From Pecten maximus (lineage: Eukaryota): a stretch of 64,000 nucleotides of DNA. Position numbers and translations under genes: made by a program. The stretch covers positions 35,402,001 through 35,466,000 of the forward strand of contig NC_047023.1 in NCBI RefSeq assembly GCF_902652985.1, written 5' to 3'. Below are positions 14,882 through 26,953 of this stretch, piece after piece; the first letter of the stretch is position 1; each line of letters opens with the position of its first letter. Under the pieces are notes generated by a model, which searched no databases, had not been told where the DNA came from, and saw only the letters and a list, made by a program, of their open reading frames with translations.

Positions 14882-15125
14882 CTTTTTCCTCCGTTTGCAG
14901 TCAATAAGTTGCACTTTTGTTGCGGTCAAGCAGGAAGAATAAATCGGCAGCCATGTTTCAGAAATAGCAACGGAAGTGGCGCCCTCGAAAGGGAACCAAG
15001 GGAATTAACTCTCAATTTAAAGGTGTTGAGTGGGAAGTAACCGACTTCTAAGGCCGAATATTTAAAGTACAGTATCCCATAAGAAGTGATGTTTATTCGG
15101 TGCACATATTGTTTCGAAACTGCCG
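14882..15125. promoter_or_regulatory. Putative bidirectional promoter with two divergent non-coding first exons
   Basis: Minus donor AAG|GTAAGT after 14882 and plus donor CCG|GTAAGT after 15125; ETS-like CGGAAGTG (14971) and YY1-like AAACATGGCTGCC between them; locally CpG-richer. Confidence 0.6.
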
Positions 15126-17205
15126 GTAAGTAAATGAATTTTACCTAGATGTTATAATCATTGCGATGGATTAGCGCGAGATAAACACCAACTGAACCGA
15201 GAAAGTGAAAGTAGACTAAGTGGATATGTTTAGCACATCAGATCAAGGACGGAAAGGAACATGTATCTATCAATCGTAGCTGTACACTATAACCACACAA
15301 ACATTTCCAAAGATATGGCTATATTTGAACGTATCCCTATGGGCTTAGCGTAAAACTTCATATTGAAATACAGATCAAGGTACCCAGATTAAACACCAGT
15401 GTGTAACCACTATGCCACCTGACCACCAAAGATAAATTTTCATGCATAAATCTGAACTCTACTAGACACAACGAATTTCTCTAAAACCTATGAATTATAG
15501 GTAACATAAGGTATGAACTTGATAATTTAATGTCATGAAAACCAAATATAAGATAAAATATTTTTGTACTTGGAGTCCAGATAATCTTTTGCTATACTAT
15601 TACAGTAAACATTAAATACTTCAGTTAAATTACTCTGCTGTATACTACATGTATGACAGTATTGTCCTTTATGATAATAAGTGATAACAGTAGTACATGT
15701 ATTTAAATATCTTACTTGTGTAGATTCTTGCTGTTCCAGTTTCCAGATGAATTCACAGTAGTAGTGGACATGATGCTTGTATGATTAAAGCTCTTTGCTC
15801 TATTTTTACTTACTTCCTGTTTTACCCTTATGAGATAAGCACTACCTGTGCAGATGTGCACATTACACACACATATATATATCTATCTACGAAAAAAAAC
15901 AACATTAATATACAAGTTTCAAAACTTCCTGGTTTGTAAATACACAATAGTCTTAAGTGGATACAATTAAACATGTATGTATGTCAATATCTTATATATC
16001 AGATACAATTTTCCAAGTAATTGATAATGTTCTATTAGAATATTCATTCTGCTTAAATTATGAAAATGACATTTTTTTTTGACATACCTGTGACATGTAC
16101 ATGTATATGCTAACTTATTTCATGGTCTAGCATAATCAGTTAATGACAGTTAAAAAATATATATATTATCTGGGCCATAACTCTAATCTAAATCATTGAA
16201 GATATCTTGATGAAATGAATAATATATTTGCATCACCTGGACCTCAAGGGTAAAGGTCAAATAAGTATGATTTTTTTCCCCAATATTTTCTTGTACTGGC
16301 AATTGCTTTTAATCTGTTTAAGATCTTAATGCAAGATGCTATGTACATGTACATTTATTACCCACAGGTGATGTGCAGTGTACTATAATCAGGTCATTGC
16401 AACCTTCATTTTCAAAGGTCAATTAATGCAAATTTATTCAAAGCCTAGTAAGGGAGAAGGGGAGACATGATTATATTAATACATTCAGGACTTTCAGTGC
16501 ATGAATTATGTATATATATTAATCTGGAATGAATTCCGTAGTTTTTGTAGAATTCTAGTAGGCTCATACAATCCAAGGGAGATAATTGTTCTTCAAACGT
16601 TTTCAACACCTTCCTGATTTGTGAAGCTCTAATCCTCTTCCATTTAAAACTAAGTAGCAGGTGATATATGATAAACTTTATATACTTTTGTAAATCATTC
16701 TGACTAGTGGAAAATATGAACAGTCCCTAATAGACACTTTCCTAATTCAATCATTTTCTTGCCAAATTAAAAAAAGGAACCTGCAATTACACTGCGATTT
16801 CAGAAAAGTGCATTGTCTTTACCCTATTGGTCCATCAGTGTAATTTATGTATATCAATGTCAAACAAACCGATAATCGACCAATCAAATATTTCCTATTC
16901 TATGGCCTGATCAGCCGTTTTTTCATCCACCAATGGTCTACAACAACATACACGTATGAGGAACATACCAGCAACTTATAATGTAGTCAGACGTGAGCCA
17001 CAAGGATGGAAACAGTATCTATCCTGCATGCTTTACTCTTTCAATGAAGGTTTTGCACTACCAAAAGCAGTTTTTGTGTATCATAAACTGACAGTTGTTA
17101 TTTTTGTTCATTTCAGTCCCTATTTCAAGATATTTCCCCCTTTAAGAAGAAAAGCTAACATATACTGTATGGTATAGCTCAGAAGCTGTTGTAGATGCCT
17201 TGAAA

Positions 17206-20200
17206 ATGGAGTCACAAGACTTTTCCAAGTGGTTGAATTCTACTAAAGAGCACTTTAAAAAAGCATTGACAGAGGCAGAGAAAACACAGACTCTGGATGA
17301 ACTACTGCAGCTATGTGGACCCGAACAGCTGTTATTTTTGACTCAGACTTTTCTCCCCTTGAATTGCAAAATTGATTTTCTTACTTGTCTTCCTAATGAA
17401 ATCAGTGATCAAATTCTTTGTTACCTGGATGCCACCTCAGTATACAGCTGCTGCTTGGTATGTAACTTCAGACACATGGGATATATAATTATATTTTATA
17501 TTTGAGTATGGTACTATAAAAACCCATTGGAGACCTTATAATATTGTTCTCTCATCATTCATAGATTTGTCACCCATTTTACCTGTTCAAGACATCTCAG
17601 TCACATCTTAGAATGAGATTTTTCTATCAACTCCAAGTGTATGACAGATAGTATGACAATGACATCACAGAAACAATACAATGATGTGACACATCAACAT
17701 TGTATAGCATTACATTTTTCATACACCTGTCAAATTTGGTGTAAATGTTATGGTATGGTGTTTGTCCATCTGCCGTCAACTTTTTTTGTCTGGAGATTTC
17801 CTACATTTATTAGCTCACCTGCCCGAAGGGCAAGTGAGCTTATGACGTGGTGCGGCGTCCGTCGTCCGGCGTCAACTTTTTCATTTAAACAACTTCTTCT
17901 CAATAACCAAGAAGCCCAAGAACTTCATATTGGGCCTCTAGTATGCTGGGGTGAAGGGCTACCAAGTTTGTTCAAATAAATGACCTTGACCTTCATTCAA
18001 GGTCACATGGGTCAAATAAGCTATAATCTTCAAACGACTTCTTCTCAATAACCAAGAGGCCCAGGGACTTGATATTGGGCCTGTAGCATGCTGGTGTGAA
18101 GGGCTACCTAGTTTGTTCAAATAAATGACCTTGACCTTCATTCAAGGTCACATGGGTCAAATAGGCTAAAATCTTTAAAAAGACTTCTTCTCAAGAACCA
18201 AGAGTCCTAGGGACTTGATATTGGGCCTGTCTGTAGCATGCTTAGAGCCAAGAGTCACCAAGACCCGATCTTAGGCCAATTGTATGCTGGAATGAAGGAC
18301 ATGAATAAACCTAGCTTACTCTGATATTTGAATACAATTGTTATCAGCATAGTATCTGTAGAAATGACATCAGTCAACTGCAAATTTGCTGTAGAGCCAG
18401 GTGAGCAATACAGGCCCATTGGGCCTCTTGTTGACCAAACTCTTTGAAACTTTGTATGTATGATTAAGCATTATGTATATTACTGTATACCTGGTAATTT
18501 TCGCCCCAATTTAATTTTCGCCTTTTGAGGATAGCACATTTTTAAGATGAAAGCGAAAATTTCAAGCTGAGTTGAAGGATTTATAAACCATAGTACATGG
18601 ACCAAGTGTAGTCAGATCACAAACATACCCTCTTACTTTTCAACTGTAAAATCACGTACTAGGCTTAGCATTTTCAATTAAAAAACGATACATACCAAGT
18701 TATTTTAAAAATTCAGTCATTTTTTTTAAAATTATGTAGTGCAGTCATGATAAAAATGAAATACAGTGGCATCAAATTCCTGCCATGGAAAAGACTAATT
18801 TTATGAGTTCACCGTCGCTTAATTGTGGCTTCCATTCATGTAATTGTATGTACATGTGAACAAGAGAAAACACTGATCAGTCATTAGTCACGGTGCGGTG
18901 AACTTACAATTGATCGTGTTTGCTAAATGTAAAATCACCCATGCATACCCGATACTACTTGAATTAGCAGGGACTAAAAGAAAATCTGAGCACAGGTAAA
19001 CGTTTTTTGTTTGACACCTGATCACATTTTACATCTCATGCTGGTAAGACAATTGGGGAACTAAATAAGTCCCGAGTGGTTCGAGTGCAACTTGTATTGA
19101 GAATTCCGAACGGAATTTTCCGATTTTACAAACGAGAAAAAAAGGATATTTCTTAAAAACTATTTAGGGCGAATTTAAAACGGGGCGAATATGTTTTGTG
19201 TTGCTCAATGGCGAAAATAACCTGGGGCGAAAATTACCAGGTATACAGTATTCTTAAGGAATGTCTACGAAACTCATAATGGGGCCTGATAAGTCGCTTA
19301 AGGCTGGTACCTAAAACTGAAATACTATAGAAATGCTAAACCAAACATGTATCTGTATCATAAGAGATCTGCACGTCTGTAAAAAATTCCAAACTAGTGA
19401 AGTCATTTCACCTAGGAGATGGCAAATTTGACATATTTCTCTTTATAATTGTAATCAGACAACCCAGCAGATTTTCCATGATTTTCAGATATATATTCCA
19501 TGAGTGAAGAGAAGATATGTACATTGACCGGGGGCTAGGATTTTGAAGATATGGATCATACTTTACCTGTACTTCAATGTTAACATAACGATACATGTAT
19601 TAGGAGAGGGAACCAGACAAAGATTTGAACCCAGAACCTTTCAAATTTTAGATAGGTTGCTCTAACCAGGTACCAGGTCATTCCAGACAGTCTGGCTATT
19701 TCAGTTCTAATGTATTACTCCCTTCTGTTTCAAGCCTTGACACTAGTTGATTCATGGTTTGTCACTGGGACCAATGTTAAGTAGATCGAAAACCAAAAGG
19801 ACCCAGAATGGGATTTTAACCGAAATTAAACTTCCGATTTCTAGATGGGTGTCAGATTTCAGTTACTTGGCCTGCACAGACAATTCAGATCAGTTCAACT
19901 ACACTGGAGTATCTCTTGGGATAGCCAATCACACTTTGTGAAATTTGGAGATTATATAGAGTCAGTGCCTTTCAATCTTTATTTAAGGATGTCAAAGCTT
20001 TCCCAGAGGTGGGTTTTTATCATGGTTTGGTGTTACGATTCATCCACATTCTGTACTGAAGCTTGGAATTTAACCCTCAACTCTACAGAATATCATTGTG
20101 TTAATCGTCTCTGGTAGGACCTGTTATACAGTTCTCATTCTAAAGAGGTCACTTGTTTTATATTTTGTTTTCAAATTTGAATTATAATGATTTTTGGATT

Positions 20201-23200
20201 TTATATAATACAGGTGAGCAAGTCCTGGAATATGTGTGTAAGTCAATGTAAGAAGGTATGGACCGAATTGGTCTGGCACATCGGAGGCGTGAGACAGCGA
20301 GTCCTCAACAAACCAGCACATGTGTACAGAAACCAGTTCATCAGACGGAGGATGTTCCTGACCACCTCACAGAGAGGCTTGTATGTGTCGGGGGTGTACA
20401 GTCAGGAGAACACAGACAGTTTCTGTGTGTGGGCATGTAGGCAAGGTCGTTTTTCTGTATCTGGTGAGTATTATGTTATTGAAAGGATTCCAGCTTTATT
20501 TTTAACATTACTTATACAAGATTGAACTACATGTAGATGATAATTAGGTCTAGATCAGAAACTAACTTGTACTCTGAATAATCCTTTTTAAGTCATTTAT
20601 TGGAAGATTTTTAGCCCACCATCATCAGATGGTGGGCTATTCAAATCGCCCTGCGTCCGTGGTCCGTCGTCCGTCCGTCCGCCGTCCGTCCGTAAACAAT
20701 TCTTGTTATCGCTAATCCTCAGAAAGTACTGAAGGGATCTTTCTCAAATTTCATATGTAGGATCCCCTTGGTGCCTAGTTATGCATATTGCATTTTGGGA
20801 CCAATCGGAAAACAACATGGCCGACAGGCAGCCATCTTGGATTTTGACCATTGAAGTTTGTTATCGCTATTTCTGAGAAAGTACTGAAGGGATCTTTCTC
20901 AAATTTCATATGTAGGTTCCCCTTGGTGCCTAGTTATGCATATTGGATTTTGGGACCGATCGGAAAACAACATGGCCGACAGGCAGCCATCTTGGATTTT
21001 GACCATTGAAGTTTGTTATCGCTATTTCTGAGAAAGTACTGAAGGGATCTTTCTCAAATTTCATATGTAGGTTCCCCTTGGTGCCTAGTTATGCATATTG
21101 CATTTTGGGACCGATCGGAAAACAACATGGCCGACAGGCAGCCATCTTGGATTTTGACCATTGAAGTTTGTTATCGCTATTTCTGAGAAAGTACTGAAGG
21201 GATCTTTCTCAAATTTCATATGTAGGTTCCCCTTGGTGCCTAGTTATGCATATTGCATTTTGAGACCAATCAGAAAACAACATGGCCGACAGGCAGCCAT
21301 CTTGGATTTTGACAATTGAAGTTTGTTATCGCTATTTCTGAAAAAGTACTGAAGGGATCATTCTCAAATTTCATATGTAGGTTTCCCTTGGTGCCTAGTT
21401 ATGCATATTGCATTTTGAGACCAATCAGAAAACAACATGGCCGACAGGCAGTCATCTTGGATTTTGACAATTGAAGTTTGTTATCGCTAATTCTCAGAAA
21501 GCACTGAAGGGATCTTCCTGAAATTTCATATGTAGGTTCCCCTTCGTGCCTAGTTATGCATATTGCATTTTGAGACCAATCGGAAAACAACATGGCTGAC
21601 AGGCAGCCATCTTGGATTTTGACAATTGAAGTTTGTTATCGCTATTTCTCAGAAAGTACTGAAGGAATCTTTCTCAAATTCCATATATAGGTTCCCCTTG
21701 GTGCCTAAATCTTAAATTTTATATATAGGTTTCCCTTGTTTGAAAAGTACTAGAGGTTTCTTCTGAATTTACACAGATTAGTAAGACTTAGAAGAAGAGA
21801 AAAGTAGAGAAAAGATCAATCTGACATGGAACCTATGAAGAACATTCAATGGTGGGCGCCAAGATCCCTCTGGGATCTCTTGTTAGGTCATCTGACCCAA
21901 AGGGTCAGGATGACCTATAGTCATCGTGCTTCGTCCGTCGTCGTCCGCCGTGCGCCGTCCGTAAACTTTTTCTTTCAAAACGCTACTCCTCCTTAACGCT
22001 TGGGTGGATTATATTATATAAATGAGGCTGGTCTGACCCCTGGGGCCAGAAGGGCGGGGCACCAAAAAGGGAACTTAGGTGAATATTGCTATAAAATCCT
22101 ACTCCTCCTTTACCCTTGGGTGGATTACAACTAAATTTGGTGTGAAACATCATTGGGGAGGGCGGTCATATTTTATATAAATGAAGTTGGTGTGACCCCT
22201 GGGGCATGAGGGGCGGGGCCCCAAAAGGGGAACTTTGATGAAATTTTGCTATAAAATCCTACTCCTCCTTAACCCTTTGGTGGATTTCAACCAGATATTG
22301 TGTGAAACATCATTTGGGGAGGGTGATCATATTTTATATAAATGATCGAGGCTGGTGTGACCCCAAGGGCCTGAGGGGCGGGGCCCCAAATGGGGAACTT
22401 TGATGAAATTTTGCTATAAAATCCTACTCCTCCTTAATTAACCCTTTAGTGGATTTCAACCAGATATGTTGTGAAACATCATTTGGTGAGGGCGGTCATA
22501 TTTTATATAAATGAGGCTAGTGTGACCCCTGGGGCCTGAGGGGCGGGGCCCCAAATGGGGAACTTTTATGAAATTTTGCTATAAAATCCTACTCCTCCTT
22601 AACCCTTTATTGGATTTCAACCAGATATGTTGTGAAACATCATTTTGGGAGGGCGGTCATATTTTATATAAATGAGGCTTGTGTGACCCCTGGGGCCAGA
22701 GGTGCGGGGCCCCAAAAGGGCAATTTGATGAAATTTTGCTTTAAAATACTACTCCTCCAAAACCCAAGAGTAGATTATTAGCTCACCTGGTCCGAAGGAC
22801 CAAGGTGAGCTTATGCCATACCGTTGCGTCCGTCGTCCGTCCGTCCGTCGTCTGTCGTCCGTCCGTCCGTCAACAATTGACTTCTTCTTCATAACCACTG
22901 ATCAGAATTTGACGAAATTTTGTCAGAAGCATCCCTATGGGGTGTGGACTCAAAATTGTACAAATGGTGGGGCTGACCCCCAGGGGTCGGAGGGGCGGGG
23001 CCAAAAGGGGTCAATTTGGCTATATTAATATAAACGACTTCTTCTCTGAAACCAAGCAAAGGATATCGCTCCTATTTGCCTGGTAGCATCACTATGGGGT
23101 GAGGATTCAAAATTGTACAAATGGTGGGGCTGACCCCCTGGGGGCCTGAGGGCGGGGCCAAAATGGGTCAATATACCTATATTTATATCAACGACTTCTT

Positions 23201-26200
23201 CTCTGAAACCAAGCAATGGATATTGCTCATATTTGCCTGGTAGCATCACTATGAGATGGGGATTCAAAATTGTACAAATGGTGAGGCTGACCCCACGGGG
23301 GCCTGAGGGGCGGGGCCAAATGTGGTCAATTGGGCTATATTGATATAAACGACTTCTCCTCTGAAACCGAGCAATGGATATTGCTCATATTTGCCTGGTA
23401 GCATCAGTATGGGGTGGGGATTCAAAATTGTACAAATGGTAAGGCTGACCCCACGGGGGCCTGAGGGGCGGGGCCAAGAAGGGTCAATTTGGCTATATTG
23501 ATATGAACAACTTCTCCTCTGAAATCAAGCAATAGATATTGCTCGTATTTGACTGTGAGCATCCCTTTGGGGCCAGGATTCAGAATTGTACAAATGGTGG
23601 GGCCGACCTACCTGGGGCCTGAGGGGCGGGGCCAAAAGGGGTCAATTTGGCTAAATTGATATAAACAACTTCTTCTCTGAAACTAAGCTATGGATATCGC
23701 TCATATTTGCCTGCTTCAACCCCCGGGGTAGGGATTCAAAACTGTATAAATGACAGAGCTGACCCCCGGGGAGCTAAGAGGCGGGGCCAAAAGGGGTCAT
23801 TTTGGCAGAATTGATATAAACAACTTCTTCTCTGAAACTAAGCAATGGATATATCACTCACATTTGTATGGTAGCATGGTCATGGGGTGGGGATTCAAAA
23901 TTGTACAAATTTTGGGGTTGACCCCCCCCCCCCCAGGGGACTTATATAATTAGGGGTGGGGCCAAAAAGGGTCAATTTGGCTAAATTGATATGAACAACT
24001 TCTATGAAACAGCTCATATTTGACTGGTAGCATCCTTTTGGTTAGGGATTCAAAATTTTATAACGGAAGGAACTGACCCCAGGGTGCAGAGGGCGGGGTC
24101 AAAAGGGGTCAATTGGTTTAAACAACTTCTTTTCTGAAACTAAACAATGGATATCGCTCACATTTGTGTGGTAGCATCTGGGGTTGCGCCAAAAGTCCAT
24201 TTCATTTCATGGATTAATGCATTTTTGGCAGAAAAACCTCACGTACCCATATAAAATGCCTATGATATATTGACATAGCAATACCAGTGACAATATACTT
24301 AATCATCATTCTTGTTTCATATCTCATGAAATCCAGGTGAGCGATACAGGCCCTCTGGGCCTCTTGTTACAAAATTTGGTGTGGAACATCGTTGGAGGAG
24401 GACAATCATATTTTATATAAACGAGGCTGGTCTGACCCCTGGGGCCAGAGGGGCTGGGCCCCAAATAGGGAACTTTGGTGGATATTTGCTATAAAATCCT
24501 ACTCCTCCTTTACCCTTTGGTGGATTACAACTAAATATGGTGTGAAACCTCAATGGGGGAGGGTGGTCATATTTTATGTAAATGAGGCTGGTGTGGCCCC
24601 TGGGGCCAGAGGGGCGGGGCCCCAAAAGGGGAACTTTGGTGAATTTTTGCTATAAATCCTACTTCTCTCTAACCCTTGGGTGGATTAATACGAAATATGG
24701 TGTGAAACATCCTTTGGGAAGGGTGGTCATATTTTATATAAACGAGGCTAGTGTGACCCCTGGGGCCTGAGGGGCAGGGCAAGGTGAATATTTGCTGTTA
24801 AATCCTAATCCTCCCTAACCTTTTGGTGGATTACAACCTAATTTGATGTGAAACATAAGGTGACGGCAATCATATTTTTTAATGAGACAGGTTTGACCCC
24901 TGGGGAAAAAAAGATGGGGCAAAAGGAGCGCTTAGGTTAAACATTTCTTAAAAATGCAATTCCTCCTTAATGCCTTAATTGATTACAACCATATTTAGTA
25001 TGAAACATCATTAGGGAAAGGCAATCCTAATTGATATAAATGAGTCTTGTCTGACCCATTGGGACAGAGGGGCATGCCCCAAAAATGGGAACTTGGCTAA
25101 AATTTTGCTTTATGATGCTGCTCTTCCTGGACAAGCTAAATGGATAAAAACCAAATTTGATCTAAAACATAACTGGCTGCGATAGATAATTTATGGTAAT
25201 AATGCTGGATTGAGGGGTGTGTCCCTGCTGTAAGTGTAAGTGTTTGTCAGATGACTGTTAAGGCCCATGGGCCTCTTGTTCAGTCTTTACATCGAAATAT
25301 TGTCTTGTTCAGTCTTTATAACTAGTCAAGTCAGAATCTATGATATTCATGTGAAACATATATAAGTTTTCAGGTAAACAACTCTTATTAAGTGAATGCA
25401 TGAATTAAAACAATCTACCTCATATTGTTTCATTTTCATTGTCGCAATCATTATTAGGGAGATATTGAGGATTTTTTTCCTCCAACTCATTATCGTACTG
25501 ATAATTATACCAATTTAAACATTCAAAAATGTTTGGGTTTTTTTTCTCACTACAAATGCTATAGTTATATCAATGAGAACAGCCAATGTTTTTGCGAGAA
25601 TATATCTTCAACCCAATGTTTTTAAAAGAAAAATCTCTTACACAAGTTATGAAAATATATTTCAAAATATAAGATTTTTCTTTGATGGTGTAATCATTAA
25701 AATGGTGTACATTTTTTTGTATTTGCTGCCAGTCACTGTCAATTACAGTCTAAATAAATGGCGAAAATGAAGTGACAATATTTGGCAATATTTTGTGCAA
25801 GCTAATAAGGTAGAATAAACAAATCATAAGCCAATGTATAGGACACCAAATAAAGCTGGTCTGTCACACATGTTTGATAGGCAGTATAAGTTAAGCAATG
25901 AAAAGGCCTATTGCATACAAAATTCTATTTAAAATTAATCTACTTTATAATTATATACTTTATGTTGTAAGTGTAATGGTAGTTTAAAATTTTTTTTTTG
26001 TTTCAGGAAAAGGTTCTAGAAAGGTGTATCTAGGTATGATTGATTCGCCAGCAGATGGAGTTTCTATAAGGCTAGACTGTGCTGTACGGGCCATGGCTAT
26101 GGATACCGAATACCTATATATAGCATCCGATTCCATTGCCTGTGCTTACGACCTTCAGAAATTTGAACTTCACCAGACATTTCAAGGTCATCTACGTTGT

Positions 26201-26953
26201 CTTCTGTCCATTGATGGAGACTGTCGTAGTGGGCTAGTGGTGACGGGTTCGGCAGATTGTACAGTGAAGCTATGGAATCTTCACACTGCTGAAATACTTT
26301 TCTCCTCCCAACTTCACCATGTCGGCTGGGTATGTCATGTTCAAATTTTAATGGATTTAAACTCTTCAACAAAAGCTTTTATGGCATATGATTCTAATGC
26401 TTATTTAAGTGTATGGACCGTACATAAATCAGAAGATTCTGAAGTCTGGACAGTTCGGCATGTTGATGATCTACTAACAGACATGAAAAGGATTCCGTTG
26501 CCATCATATGACAAATGTGGATTTTTTGTGTTCCAAAAACCAGTCGATGTATATCAAACAAATTTCTGTATCGTAACTTACTATAATCTAGTCTTACAAA
26601 ATCTGGAGAATCACAAATACAAGCTAAAATTCATCAAAAATATTGATATTAATCATCGTTTTCAAGACATGCTAGCTATAGGTGACAGGTTTACGATATA
26701 TACTCAAGTTATACACGAGAAGATTTCCGTATGTGTATACGACTTACATGGACAATGGCTACTGATGAGAATTCCCTTACCAGAACCTCTTCCAGTTGGA
26801 AGTTGGACAGTGTACTTGGAGAAACACGATTGGTTGGGTGGTTTTACTAGTACCAACCTTCCTCAAAGCCTGTTCTATGTTATGGATCCTGAAAACATTC
26901 ATAAACAGGAGACCAAGCTCCGACATCAGATCAACAGACAAGTTAATGTATAG
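17206..26953 (+). CDS. FBXW2: F-box/WD40 repeat protein, FBXW2-like (divergent), ~482 aa; exons 17206-17457, 20214-20463, 26007-26953
   Basis: N-terminus MESQDFSKWLNS..TLDELLQLCGPEQL..DFLTCLPNEISDQILCYLD..CCLVSKSWN closely parallels FBXW2; WD motif GHLRCLLSID..VVTGSADCTVKLWNL; GT-AG junctions in phases 0 and 1 keep the frame. Orthologue versus paralogue is uncertain. Confidence 0.85.
17809..18432 (+). mobile_element. HINE-like element with ~146 bp central repeats (~2.5 copies)
   Basis: 5' TTAGCTCACCTGCCCGAAGGGCAAGTGAGCT, CGTC microsatellite, 3' CAGGTGAGC plus hairpin AGGCCCATTGGGCCT-CTTGTT. Confidence 0.85.
18483..19248. mobile_element. Tc1/mariner-type MITE (~766 bp) with TA TSD
   Basis: TA|CTGTATACCTGGTAATTTTCGCCCCA ... 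TGGGGCGAAAATTACCAGGTATACAG|TA: perfect ~26-bp TIRs, no transposase ORF. Confidence 0.9.
20610..21884 (+). mobile_element. HINE-like element with a 155-bp satellite-like core (~6.3 copies)
   Basis: 5' TTAGCCCACCATCATCAGATGGTGGGCTA, (GTCC)n tract, units at 20731, 20886, 21041, 21196 and onward, 3' ATGGTGGGC plus hairpin AAGATCCCTCTGGGATCT-CTTGTT. Confidence 0.9.
21883..25280 (+). mobile_element. HINE-like element with ~162-165 bp core repeats, interrupted by a nested element at 22777-24368
   Basis: 5' TTAGGTCATCTGACCCAAAGGGTCAGGATGACCTA, CGTC tract, 3' CAGATGAC..AGGCCCATGGGCCTCTTGTT; the repeat register resumes after the insertion. Confidence 0.88.
22777..24368 (+). mobile_element. Nested HINE-like element with ~158 bp GC-box-containing repeats
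   Basis: 5' ATTAGCTCACCTGGTCCGAAGGACCAAGGTGAGCT, (CGTC)n tract, 3' CAGGTGAGCGATACAGGCCCTCTGGGCCTCTTGTT; inserted at TT of the host GATT|ACAA. Confidence 0.9.

Noticed and set aside
19605-19670. tRNA-like B-box fragments (also ~33195 and ~60955)
   Set aside because: No cloverleaf can be formed; these are decayed SINE heads, not tRNA genes.
22813-24770. Several 60-87 aa Gly/Pro-rich ORFs
   Set aside because: They lie within HINE core repeats and have no Rep/helicase or transposase motifs.
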